Part shown: positions 36,306-49,509 of the stretch, piece by piece
Position numbering within the stretch: position 1 is the stretch's first letter
Layout of the letters: each line of letters starts with the position of its first letter
DNA from: Octopus sinensis
Taxonomy: Eukaryota
Length of the DNA stretch: 64,000 bases
Assembly (NCBI RefSeq): GCF_006345805.1
Contig: NW_021833440.1
Span: forward strand, 10,604-74,603
Reading direction: 5' to 3'
Translations under genes and position numbers: made by a program
The notes under the pieces: model-generated
The model's input: the letters and a program-made list of their open reading frames with translations, nothing else
Database searches by the model: none
Told to the model about the DNA's origin: nothing

Positions 36306-37061
36306 ATACATACATACTTACATACATACACACACACATACATACATACATACATACGTATATATTCATCTAATTATTCTCAGAAACACTCATATATATA
36401 TATATGTGTATGTGGGTGTGTGTGTGTGGGTGTGCGCGTGTGTCTGTGTGTGTGTGTGTGTATAACATCCCACTTGTTCTCTACTTTCACATGAATGGAT
36501 ATACTTGGACGAGATTACGGCGTGGCTGTAATTTAATAAGTTGAACAATCTTTGTTTAAATGACATATATATTTCTTATGGTATTAAACTTCTTGCGAAG
36601 CGGTTCACCACTTAGCCGGTTCACTTAATCCTTTTGGTAGAGAGATGCAGGGACATCGAGATATTAATTAAGACATATCTTTGATAAAGTGGAATATAAA
36701 CATAATCGATTAAACGCTTTTTGTTGTGAGGTCTGAACACCGATTAAATTTTGCGTGCTTCAAGAATCTGTAGACGCTGTCGAGTACACGCACGAATATC
36801 ATTGCCGCCCATATCTTGATAAAGAGACAAGTTTAATCTGAAAATCCTTTTGATCGAACCAGCGTTAACTGACTAAGTCAGCGATTTAGAATCTTCCATT
36901 CGTAATCGTGTTGGCTTATTTTGGTAAATCTGTAATTCTCTGCGACCTATTTTTAGATATCTTCAGTGCGACGGACTTGATGTTCAATAATTTAAACCAA
37001 AATGAGCTAATCGAAATAATTCAGGGGTCAGAGGAATGTATATGAACAACAAAGACAAATA

Positions 37062-37450
37062 CGGTAGAACCTCGCAGTACGAGTACCCCATTGTACGAGT
37101 AATTTGCTGTACGAACCGAGACTCGTGCGAATTTTTATCTTGAAGTACGAGCAGAAATCCCCAGTACGAGCACACAAATCATTCCCTCTTTAAGGTAATT
37201 CAGTTAATAAAACCAGTTTACATATTTCTTTTGCATTCTCATTTTTATAATTGTCATTTTACTTGTAACTACACCTTTTCTGCTTTAAAAACCAACAAAA
37301 AATATTTTTGAGTGGTTTTGGCGGGGCTGGACTGGATTAATTATACTTTAGTTAATTTCAATGGGGGAAATTGATTTATAAAACGAGTAAATCGTAAGAC
37401 GAGCTTGGTTATAGAATGAATTAAACTCGTACTGAGAGGTATCAAATACT
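37062..37450. mobile_element. Tigger/pogo-like MITE
   Basis: TA|cggtagaacctcgcagtacgagt ... actcgtactgagaggt; internal repeats of tacgag. Confidence 0.7.
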
Positions 37451-37946
37451 ATACAAGGTCTTGATTTGTTAAAATTATTTTTGCTTCGAAAGGATGTATT
37501 ACAATTACAAAATAACAATTAAGACCAATTTTATTTGAGAAGGAATAATAATCTGAAGAATCAGATGTTCTCTGAGTGGACACACCGCGAGGAAAAAGGA
37601 CCAGATGCAAACCAGATACAAAAGCAAAGTATACGTATATACATGAATGCATATATGAATGTGTGCATGTCTTTTTATGTGTATGTATGTCCTCCCCACC
37701 GCTTGGCAATCGGTATTGGTTTGTTTACGTCCCCGTAACTAGATAATTCGCCAAAAGTGACGCCTAGGATAAGTAACAGATTAAAAAGTATATAACTACT
37801 GGGGTCGATTTGTTCGACTAAAATCCTTCATGACATTGCCCCAGCATGGCCGCAGTCCAATGCCCAAACCTAGTAAGAGATTAAATACAAATGTACATCC
37901 ACTCCTAAACAAATTTTACGTGTTGCGAAAAATAACCTCCATTGAC

Positions 37947-37994
<48 letters not shown>

Positions 37995-38329
37995 ACCTAT
38001 TTCCCCTTTCGACACCGCTGCCCCTCTTTTCTCTATCTCCCCTGTTCTAATACTCAACCAAATTCTTCACGCTACTTAATGATTGAAATGTTTAATTAAT
38101 AATTTATTTTCACCAATTTCCTTTTTCCTAAATGAATGTTCTACAAAAAATACATTAACGAAAATGGCGAGATTTTAAAATCAATAATCTTCTTTTTGAT
38201 TGTGGATATTGCATATTTTTCTCATGGTCGATGAAAACGGATAACTCCCTACCTCTAAATTTAAATCTTGTGCCTATAGCAGTAGGTATTATTGTTTTTA
38301 TTGTTATCATCATTATTAAATGAAAGAGC

Positions 38330-38865
38330 AGCAAACACACTCAAGGTGACGCTCGGGTACAAATATACGAAGCCCAGTATACCTATCATGACTACTCGTC
38401 TGATAAGGGTACACCAAACAGATGTATCACAACCATATGTGCACAACATGGTGACCTCATATCAAGATACACAGCGCATGACCTTACAGGAAGGGCCCAG
38501 TTAGAATTTTCTTCAGGTTGAGTAGCCCATCCCACTCAAAAGGTCCCTGAATAAGGGTTGTTTAAAGATGATGACAGAAGTACCCGTGTTTTCAAAGGTG
38601 AATTAACCAAACCCCAAAGAATTCCTCTCAACACATGGCTATGATGCTTCCCCACTACTTCTGCTCGTGATTACATATCGTCAGCCACCAAGGACATGCT
38701 CAAATGGTTAAGGTCAAACAAGTGACAAGCAAATCTGCGGTATTGAGCAGAATATTTGCTGTAGCCCATCTTTTATACCAAGACAAAACAATGTACATGA
38801 TAACACTTCCAATCAGTTAAGATCAAAAGCCACGAGAACCACTGCTTGGTACTGCATCAAATTAT
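38330..38865. repeat. Unclassified interspersed repeat (recalled as abundant in octopus DNA)
   Basis: Recognised from memory only; single copy in this window; no clean ORF. Confidence 0.35.
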
Positions 38866-38965
38866 TATGATTATCATTATTATCATTATGTGATGAAACC
38901 TCACAGCTTATTTTGCTGGGTATGATGGAAAGTGTCAGCTGTCCACAGTCAGCAGACTAAAGTGA

Positions 38966-39014
<49 letters not shown>

Positions 39015-39016
<2 letters not shown>

Positions 39017-39254
39017 GACAAAGAGCGCGATTCGATTGTAATAGATATTTTATTGGTTGAACGATATTTCAAGAGTAAGTCTGTCTTTGTCAAGTTACAA
39101 ATCAGAAATGATAAAAATTCAAAATTATAAAAATTTCTATAATTTTGAATTTTTATCTCTTCTTATTTTGAACTTGACAAAGACAGACTTACTGTTGAAA
39201 GAAATATTGTTCAACTAATAAAATATCTTACAATCGAATCGTGCTCTTCGTCTT
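39015..39254. repeat. Foldback palindrome, arms about 115 bp
   Basis: aagacaaagagcgcgattcgattgtaa... versus ...ttacaatcgaatcgtgctcttcgtctt; 8-nt centre at 39130-39137. Confidence 0.9.
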
Positions 39255-39295
39255 GACTGTCTACCTTTGTGAAGGGTTACGTTAGTCCTTTTAAA

Positions 39296-39338
<43 letters not shown>

Positions 39339-39631
39339 TATTATTATTCAGTAGTTTTATTTTTTATAGCGTGCTTTCACTTCACTACCGAGCGCAGCTC
39401 TGTGTGCCTTGGGTATGTGCTGTGATTTGTTGTGATGCTCTGATGGTTATTGTATGGAAAGTGTTCTGCGTAGGATGTGTGCAGTGCCTAGTAGTGCAAT
39501 TTTCTGTATGTTATATGTGTTTGTAAGTCCTGGTGTTTTTGTTATGTATTTGTCTGAATATTTTTTTATCATGCCTAATGCACCTACTATGATAGGAATT
39601 GTTTGTGTTTAGATTCCACATTCTGGTTACC

Positions 39632-39666
<35 letters not shown>

Positions 39667-40359
39667 CGCCAAGGTCGACTTTGCCTTTCATCCTTTCGGG
39701 GTCGATGAAATAAGTACCAGTTACACACTTGGTCGAAGTAATCGACTTAATCCCTTCCTCCAAGCTGCCCTTGTGGCGAAAATTTAAAATCATTATTATT
39801 GTTTGCAATTCCTTTGCTAAATTCGTCCTATTCTCGATAATCAAACGACGGAAATTTTGCAGCTTGTAAGTACAAACAATTTGATTAATTTAATGGAGAG
39901 AAAGTGGAACGGTAAAACTCAATACAATGGTTTTTATTTTTGCCAAAAAAAAAAAAAGAAGAAAAAAGTGATGTCCAATGGCCCTAAGCGTAAGAGCACC
40001 GAATTCAGCAAATAATCAATTTAGAATCCTAGGGTTGGATTATGACACGGTTCTTTTGTTCACAATAATTGGAGCGTGGGATGATTCTGCTAAACCCATT
40101 ACTGAAAAGAAAAGAAAAAGAAAAAGAAAAAAGAAGGAAAGAAGAAAAAAAACACACATACAGAAAATTAAATTGTATGTTAAATAAAATAATGAATTTT
40201 AAAAATTTGCAATCAAATTGTTGAAATGGTTTCAGTTTTTATGGTTTACAAATAAAAGGAATATTTATGACATCCGGTCTCGTAGAATCCACAGCCCCAA
40301 CGTCATAATATATTTATATTTTCCTTTTATTAATTAATGATGCGTTAATTAATTAATTA

Positions 40360-40402
<43 letters not shown>

Positions 40403-43012
40403 TAATAATAATAACACAGTGAGCTGGCAGAATCGTTAGCACCCCGGACAAAATGCTTAGCGGCATTTCGTCCGTTTTTACATTCTGAGTTCAAATTCCG
40501 CCGAGATTGACTTTGCCTTTCATTCTCTCGCGGTCAATAAAATAAGTACCAGTTGAACACTGGTATTGTTGTAATCGACATGCAATCTTCCCGGAATTGC
40601 TGGCCTTGTGCCAAGGTTTGAAAACCATTAATTAGTAATGCATTATAAACGTTCGGTTGGCAGATTCGTTAGAACGTCAGGCAAACTTCCTTACGTTTTT
40701 AATTCCGGTTCAATGTTTTGCGTTCAAGCTCTACCAAAGTCTACCTATCATTTTGTCATTTCGGGACCGATAAACTAAAACACCAGTCGAGTACTGGAGG
40801 TGATGATATTGGTTTCAATTTACGGTACAAGGCCAGCAGGTTCGGGGTGTGGGGGGGGGGGGTCAGTCGATTACATCGATCCCAGTACTGAACTGGTACT
40901 TATTTTATCAACTCCGAAAGGATGAAAGGCAAAGTCGACTCTGGTAGCGTTTGAACCCAGAACTTAAAGACGGACGAAATAAATGCTAAGCATTTTGTTC
41001 GGCGTATTGGAGGTGACAATATCGATTAACGCATGCCACCAGATTTTACGGCTTTGCTCCTTTACTAAAAATGATTAATGTTGATAATTAATGTTCCTTT
41101 GCTACAAATGGTTAATGATTAATGAGTGTTGCCGATGTTTTGTTTCAATATTATACCGTTTATACTTTACTTGTTTCAGTCATTGGACTGCGGCCATACT
41201 GGGGCTCCACCTTGAAGGGTTTAGTCAAGCACTTATTTTTAAGTCCGGTACTTATTTTATCGGGTTCTCTTGCTGATCTGCTAAGTTACGGGGATTTAAA
41301 CAAAACAATACCCATTGCTAAGGGATGGGGGCAAACAGAAACATAAGACATCCACAGCTAATGTTTTAGTAGTAGTAGTAGTATGTAGCAGACAGTCGCG
41401 ATCACCTTGTCTGCGTATAAATAAGTTCTTAAATCAGATAAATGTGGGATCAATCGGACTAGAGTCTGTCTCGTATTGTGATTTCAGTGCAACTGAGTAT
41501 CCGCTTTGACTATCAACAGAAATAATTCTTAGAAGTCCAATGCTACAAAGAGCTTAAGTTAATCAGATGAACCAATTTGTCTATATATAATGCATTTTTG
41601 GCAGTTAGTTGGATTAATCATTACATTACTAACGCATTAATGGCGATTTGTTAGAATGTTGTTGTTCTATAGTATATGGCTGTAGATTTTTAACAACCAC
41701 TCTTTGTAACAGATGTAAATACTTGGTCTGTGTATAAAATATCTTTTTAAACAGGAAAAAGGAGATCAATCGGATTAGTGTTTGCGATTTCATTAGCAAA
41801 TGAGTACTCTCTTTAACTAGCCAGAGACACTGCTTATAAATCTACTATTACTAATGACGTAAGTAACGTGGATAAATCGATTTGCATATATAACGCATTA
41901 TTTGAAGCTAGCTGGATTAACAACTAGATTACTGGTGCATTAACTGTATATTTGTTTACAATCTTTTGCTATGCTATAATGTTATATTATACTACAAAAA
42001 AAAAAAACTGTAGCTATCGATAGAAACTGATCCCAAACAGGTCGGGATGAAGGAAACAACGTTGTACAAAGGCGAGGGATGCGAATGGGGTGGGAAGAGC
42101 TACACATGAAATAAAAACCACTGAACCAAATGAAATCTAAAATGAAAGTTATTTCTTCCAGGTACATTTGACATGCATCTTAGATACTTGGAGCAAATTC
42201 AGACACGCTTGAATCAAGTCTGTAGGCAGACAGCAGCAGCAGCCCCCAAGAGAAGCAGCAACAACCACAGCTATCATTGAAGTTTCTAATTTCAGACAGC
42301 AATTTTGAGAGGATGGAAATTGTTCGAGACCATGGGGTATGGTACTTGACTTGCTCTTTCTGCTTATCGACCCCGGTGGGATGAAAGGCAAAGCTGACCT
42401 CGGAGCGATTTAATTGCAGAAAGTTACGAACCAGAACAAATACCGCAAGCAGTTTTGTCCGACGTTTTAAAATCACTACAAGTTTATCGACCGTGTAAAT
42501 GAAAGAGAAAGTCGGTTGGCTTAAGTGAGATTCGAAATTAGAACGTAAAGGGACAAAACTAAATAGAATAAAGTGTTTTACCAGTGCACTATCCCTTTCG
42601 CTTCTCGCCGTTCTTTAATACTTCTTTCTAATCTTGGCACAACGCCGGCAATTTTGAAGAAAGGGGCAAGTCGATTACACTTTATTTTATTGACCCCGAA
42701 AGGATGAAAGATAAAGTTGATCTAGGCAAGATTTGAACTCAGAACGTAAGGAGCCGGAAGAAATTCAGCTTCGCATTTTATCCAACACGTTAATGATTCT
42801 GCCATGTATTTATAAATTCCATCCTAGAATTACTGTTATTATTATATTTATCGGTATAACCACTTAAAGGCGGTGCGCTGGCAGTATCGTTAGAACGCCG
42901 ACGAAATGCCAGTAAGCATTTCGCCCGGCGTGCTAACGTTTCTACCAGCTCGCCGCCTTGTAGGAACTTTATTTGTTTACCTCTAACGTTACCTTAACCG
43001 TTACTGTAAACG

Positions 43013-43051
<39 letters not shown>

Positions 43052-43239
43052 GGACAACAGAATGGTTGACAATTATGGATGGCATTAATTCATTTATTTG
43101 AGAAGTTACATAGATTACCGCTTTTGTTCGAGAATAGCATACCCATATATTTTAATGTACGTACATGTCTATGTGTATGTGCATGTTTGTGGCTAAATGA
43201 AGGTAGATTTGTCTCTCTCTCTGCCTCTCTCTCCCTAGT

Positions 43240-43270
<31 letters not shown>

Positions 43271-44271
43271 ATTGAGTCTTTCTGAATTGACATAAATATA
43301 ATTATTTTCGCATATAACATATATATATCTTCTGGCAAACCAATTCTACGAGTGTGTTCGAAAATATACACAATACAGTAAAAATTCAGATTATATGAAA
43401 ATGTTCACCAAAATCTTTACCTGGTTTTTATCATGAACATAACTTGCTTCCGGCATGAAAAATATTACACAGTATTATATAATGGTGATGGTGATATTAT
43501 AATAATATCATATAATGGTTATTATTAGCACATTGCCAACGTTTGAATCTTTGGATTTTCTTGTGATATTTTTCTGAAGAAAAAATATCTGCTAATTTCC
43601 TCATAGTGACTGAACTTTGGCCGGCTGAAGTGGGAACAGAAACATCTCTTCTGGCGAAATATGGAAAAGACATCGCAAGTGAAAAGAATTAGAAGCTGAA
43701 TAGAGACGTAAAGCCAATAGAAGGTACACAGGGTGCATTCCAGAAGTTCTCAGACTTTTTCAGGAGAAACATTTATTAATTTCAAATAAGTAGGTACAGG
43801 CGTGGCTGTGTGGTAAGAATTTTGCTTCCCAACCACATGGCTTCAGATTCAGTTCAAGTGCATGGTACCTTGGGAAAAGTGTCTTCTGCTATAGTCTCGG
43901 GTCGACCAAAGCCTTGTGAGTGGATTTGGGAGACTGAAACTGAAAGAAGCCCGTTGCATATATGTGAGTGTGTGTGTGTGTTTGTCCCCAACTGCTGCTT
44001 GACAACCGATGCTGGTGTATTTACGCCCCTGTAACTTAGTGGTTGGTGGAGGCACATGGCCTATAGCAGCGGACTCGTGGTCGAGGGATCATGGGTTCGA
44101 ATCTCAGACCGGGCGATGTGTGTGTTTATGAGCAAAACGCCTAAGCTCCACGCGGCTCCAGCAGAAGGTAATGGCGAACTTCTGCTGACTATTTTGCCGC
44201 ACCGCTAAGTTACGGGGACGTAAACACACTAGCATCGGTTGTCAAACGATGGTGGGGGGACAAACACACCA

Positions 44272-44331
<60 letters not shown>

Positions 44332-44974
44332 ACACATATACGACAGGCTTCTTTCAGTTTCCGTTTACCAAATCCACTCACAAGGCTTTAGTCGGCCCTA
44401 GGCTATAGTAGAAGACACTTGCCCAAGGTGCTACGCAGTGGGTCTGAACCCGGAACCATGTGGTTGTTAAGCAAGCTACTTATCATACAGCCATTCCTGC
44501 GCCTATATATATACGACGGGCTTCTTTCAGTTTCCATCTACAGAATCCACTCACAAGGCTATGGTCGACCCGAGGCTATACCAGAAGACAGTTGTCCTAT
44601 GATGCCATGCAGTAGGACTGAACCTGGAACCAAGTGGTTGGGAAGCAAGCTTCTTATCACACAGCCACGTAAATCCGCAGAAAAAATACACTGACACGCA
44701 GCACGGTCGCGTAAACATACACAATACTCAGTGCATTCTGGGTAGCTTAGATTGCGGGTGGTTGCTAGGGGGCGAAGGTGCTTTTACAGTCCAAGAAGAA
44801 TATTCGACACGTGTGATCATGGATCAGTCCGTAATAAGCGTAGCATGGTTCACAATGGGCCATACCGTGTTATCCTTGATCAGTGGTGAATGAATCAGTG
44901 ATAAACGAAGACAGATGTATATATACATGTATGCATACATATATACGAACACATACTCATACATATATGTATTA

Positions 44975-45028
<54 letters not shown>

Positions 45029-45047
45029 CATGTATATCCACACACAC

Positions 45048-45094
<47 letters not shown>

Positions 45095-45129
45095 TATATA
45101 CATACATGTATATACATATATATATGCGT

Positions 45130-45840
45130 GTTTATACATAACTTAGAAAGGTTTTGGCCAGTATTGGCCCAGGCCATGTCTAACTTAATAGCACCACCTG
45201 GTGAAGTCTTTCAGTTCAGGATTTGGGCACCAAGGCCCATTCGAGCAGAGAGTTATTGTTTGCGGAGACATATCCGGGTGTGGGTGGTTTGTCCGGTACT
45301 GTTTGAAGGAATTTGTCCAAAGACTTCTTGAATTTTGTGTGGTCAGTTTCTTTTTTGACGTGCCCTGGTGTAATGTTGAAGAGAGCAGGTCCAATTGAGG
45401 TGAAATAGTTGTGCCGTATTGTCATTATGTGATGCGTTTTAGATTTTTGTTGTGGACGGATGGCACGTGGTCCAAGCCTTGGATGCATTTTGAAGGTGAC
45501 GCCAACATCATTCGGACAGTGCTGGTGGAATATTTTCCACATCATACAGATAATGTAGCGTTCACGGCGTCGTTGGAGTGAATACAATTTCAGCTTCTCT
45601 AGTCTACCCCAGTAGTCAAGGTCTGACATGCCATCTATCTTTTTTGTGATTGACCTTTGGAGAGCTTCAATTCTCATAATATTTTGTTTTGTGTAGGGAG
45701 ACCACAGTGGACAGCAGTATTCAAGGTGGGGTCGGGCAAAAGTGGAGAAGAGAAGGATAATAGCGTGGGAATTTCTCGACTGGAAGGTTCTGAGAATCCA
45801 GGAAAACATTCTGCGGGCCATGTCAACTTTGCAGCTTATA
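45130..45840 (-). mobile_element. CR1-like LINE, 5'-truncated, open C-terminal frame of 201 aa
   Basis: ORF 45216-45821: [13 protein letters not shown]...[10 protein letters not shown]...LYSLQRRRER...FKKSLDKFLQTVPD. Confidence 0.9.
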
Positions 45841-46037
45841 TGTGTATATATATATACTGCTTATATATATATACTTATATATACATACATGTATATACAC
45901 ATATATATATATATATACGTGTATATATATATATACTTATATATATATACATACATATATATATATACATATATATATATATACATATATATATACGTGA
46001 AAACATGTCTACATACATACATGCATACATACATACT

Positions 46038-46239
46038 ACCAATCTTGAGAAATAAGGCTTCTCAAAACCAGAAAAGAGAAAGCTAATTCGAAGACTACAG
46101 ATCCAGTCCATCACTGGAACTGTAAAAATCTGTAAAACTCCAGAAGTTTATCATTTAAATATATACGATCATGTCTACATACGTAAGTATATGCATGAGA
46201 ACACATACATAAAACAAAACGTACAAACCTACACACACA

Positions 46240-46313
<74 letters not shown>

Positions 46314-46455
46314 GCATATATACATAAATACATACATACAAACAAGAAGTACCCTGTTGTTGATGTTGAAATTCCAATGAAGGAGCATTGAATCTAGGTT
46401 AGAAACTGGCTCTTTCTCTATTGGCGAGGAATCTTGAAATAAAACTGAACAATGA
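46038..46455 (+). mobile_element. REL LINE C-terminus plus complete 3' UTR, flanked by (CATA)n
   Basis: [33 protein letters not shown]; UTR with an internal microsatellite; aataaaac, then gacatacatac. Confidence 0.8.
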
Positions 46456-46554
46456 CATACATACGCACATACATGCATACATATTTGAGTACTGAATGAA
46501 GAAAAACTGTTTCCGAAATTCAAACCTTTACATAAATGGTGACTCTGTCTTCTC

Positions 46555-47030
46555 TGTGCCATGTAATGAGGGCTACGAATACCTGGTTATTGATGAAAAC
46601 ATACTATGCAAAATTACATTAAACAAAGATGGAGGGAATAAAATATATTAAAACGGATTTAAAAATACGACCGAAAGAGCTTTACTTTTACAGCAATATC
46701 CCACAATACATTTGTAGTACCAACATTTGGGATACTTGGCTGTTCTATACGAAATTTCCTCCATAAATTTGAAGCCCATCTGACATCAACTTGATGCTTT
46801 CGCAAGAATTGTAATGTTGGTGATCTCTGTCTGAGAAGAAAAGAGAGGAAGATGAGAAGAGGTTATGATTAGTCGGGAAGCCATTGAGTGACGCATGGTG
46901 TCATTGAAACAACATCTGTTAAAGAGCAACAGTAAAAATAAATACATTATAGTCAAGTGCTCAAAGTGAAAAGGACAACATTCTACAAGAAGTGAATTTT
47001 CCAAGAAGTACCCACTTACCAGTACTTACC
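46555..47030 (+). mobile_element. Degraded REL LINE RT thumb fragment
   Basis: GYEYLVIDENI, SHNTFVVPTFGIL, AIE*RMVSLKQHLL. Confidence 0.6.
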
Positions 47031-47142
47031 TATGACCCACGAAGTACTGGACTGGCGTATCCCAATAAATTTTTTTTCAACTGACTTGTGTTTTAGTTTT
47101 TTTTTATGCGGCCCCTATAAAAATTATTAATAATTAATATGG

Positions 47143-48106
47143 TAATTAATTTTACCAAGTAGTGCTCAGTATGTAAGAGGACCATTTGAGGTATATTTAA
47201 AACATTACGTTATATAATTAGGGTTCAGTAAAATAATTTACTTTACCACACACTGAACTTTTAGAAATAGCAGCCAAAAAATCTTAGCTATTTCTTCTAC
47301 TATAAGAAAATATATATTATTTTTGAGTATACATTGTCTGGGAGATTTTTTTTTATAGTAGAAGAAATAGCTAAGATTTTTTTGCTGCTATTTCTAAAAG
47401 TTCAGTGTGTGGTAAAGTAAATTATTTTACTGAACCCTAATTATATAACGTAATGTTTTAAATATACCTCAAATGGTCCTCTTACATACTGAGCACTACT
47501 TGGTAAAATTAATTAATTAATTGATTTTACCCTTTTATTATTGATAATATAATTCTCTCTCCCTGTTTTTCAACTACAGTTCTCTGTAGGAATTTGTTTA
47601 CTCAATAACTCACGTGGGTGGAAGCGGGATAAATGAAAAGCTTCATTCGTACTGTTTGAATTCGTTGGTACTGGCAGTCGAAGGTGGTTTGTCTGGGTTT
47701 ACTCATATCAGACGGGTATGTTCGATTTTTAGTGCTCTCAAATCCAAATCTAAGAAATCTTTGAGCTGACGAAGGAAATGTTGAGTTTTAAATTCAGCTA
47801 ATCCAGAAACGTACGTTCTCGAGTAATCTTAATGTACATGTGATCTTTTGTTATTTTTCCCTCCATACCTGCGTGAATTATTTTCGAGTATACATTGTTT
47901 GGGAGATTTTTCTTATAGTAGAAGAAATAGCTAAGATTTTTTTGCTGCTATTTCTAAAAGTTCAGTGTGTGGTAAAGTAAATTATTTTACTGAACCCTAA
48001 TTATATAACGTAATGTTTTAAATATACCTCAAATGGTCCTCTTACATACTGAGCACTACTTGGTAAAATTAATTAATTAATTGATTTTACCCTTTTATTA
48101 TTGATA
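47143..48106 (+). mobile_element. PLE pLTR cluster: inverted arm plus 231-bp direct repeats
   Basis: Inverted arms 47143-47310 and 47345-47515; direct repeats 47316-47546 and 47877-48106; ends in (TA)n. Confidence 0.75.
47760..47823 (+). ncRNA. Type I hammerhead ribozyme candidate
   Basis: tttgag-CTGACGA(47766-47772)-a-gga...tcc-a-GAAA(47806-47809)-cgtacg (palindromic stem III)-tt-ctcgag; GUU site after 47817. Confidence 0.6.
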
Positions 48107-48135
48107 TATATATATATAATATATATATATATAAA

Positions 48136-48240
48136 ATAATAAGGGTGAAAAATTGAATATTAATTTGATTAATATCAATTTAAAACCAGTGGTCTAGCAT
48201 ACTGAAAAATCTGAAGTTTCAGAAAAAATTATATTACATA
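48136..48240 (-). mobile_element. PLE pLTR end, same family as 13212-13320
   Basis: aataagggtgaaaaattgaatattaatt...atcaatttaaaac..gtgg.ctagc shared with 13218-13285. Confidence 0.6.
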
Positions 48241-49156
48241 CATATAAAAAGGGATTACCTGTAAGTGGACTTCCATTATGCTAGAAGAAGATTATGCTAG
48301 AAGATTTTTTGACTGCTATGTCGTCATTTTTCGGTGTATTTCAACCAGAAAAATTTCCACTTAAAGAGAATAACAAGCAACATAATGCAAAACTTTACTT
48401 TCCAAAAATTCCAATTCTAAAGGGTCGAAAAGAATTTTTTTGTGATGTCATTGGCTTTGAGCGAACGATGGATCAGCTGATCCAATGCAGAGGAGTAATG
48501 TTCGCTGCGTGAATGCACTAATTTTCAAGATCGTCAGCGTTGAGTACAATTCAGCAATATCAATCGATTTTCTTTGAGAAAAACTAATTGCATTAGCGTA
48601 AGACAGAACATTGTGCGATCTGCATGCTGTTACTGTCTACGATGTTCAAGTCAAACTTTCAATAGGTATGTTTTGATTTTACAGATTTTTTTAGTTATAC
48701 GTGATGTAAAATAGTCGATTTTATTCATTTTACAGGTACAACCACGATTCATGTTGTCCACCCGTTTGGCTTCAAAATAACATTTTTTTTGTAACCACAA
48801 ACTGTTCTTACTAACGTTTTGGATTTTCCTGTACTTTTCTCTTAATGAATACTGTTGCAGTGTTAACTTCTTAATAGATTTTCAGTGCAGTTCGAAACTT
48901 GAGGTTCATTTTGCTTTAAATCTACGGGTAATTTTTTCTCCATAATGTTAATAGAAGGAATATTAACCAACAATACCAACAATTGAAGTCGGCATTACAC
49001 ATTTGCAGCACATTCAGAGCAAACTCGAGCATCGCCACACTATACTTTTATTCATAGATTGAAACTATGTCAAAACTTTGTTAACGCGACATCAAAGTCT
49101 GCCGTTTTACGTGCAACTAAAAAACAAACCCGAGCAACGCCGGGCTATAGTTCTAG
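48240..49156 (+). mobile_element. Probable non-autonomous Helitron (3' end supported, 5' end uncertain)
   Basis: Subterminal hairpin cccgagcaacgccggg (49129-49144), then CTAG (49153-49156) followed by T. Confidence 0.5.
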
Positions 49157-49234
49157 TATATATACATGTTATAATGTATATATATAAAAATTAAAAATTG
49201 TATAATACAGCAGCATTTTCGAACTTCATTTTTT

Positions 49235-49324
<90 letters not shown>

Positions 49325-49509
49325 TGTATGTATGTATGTCCACTCTTTGACGGTTCTTATCTTTCGTCCCGCAGGATGTCCAATAATCACTTGCCTCATC
49401 AAGCAAGCCTGGTGGAGTTGCTAGTTTAGTCACCGACGACTCGATTATGCAACAGGTTGTACTGGGTTACATGTTACCAGTAGCACTTAAGAATGACCTA
49501 ACACATGAC

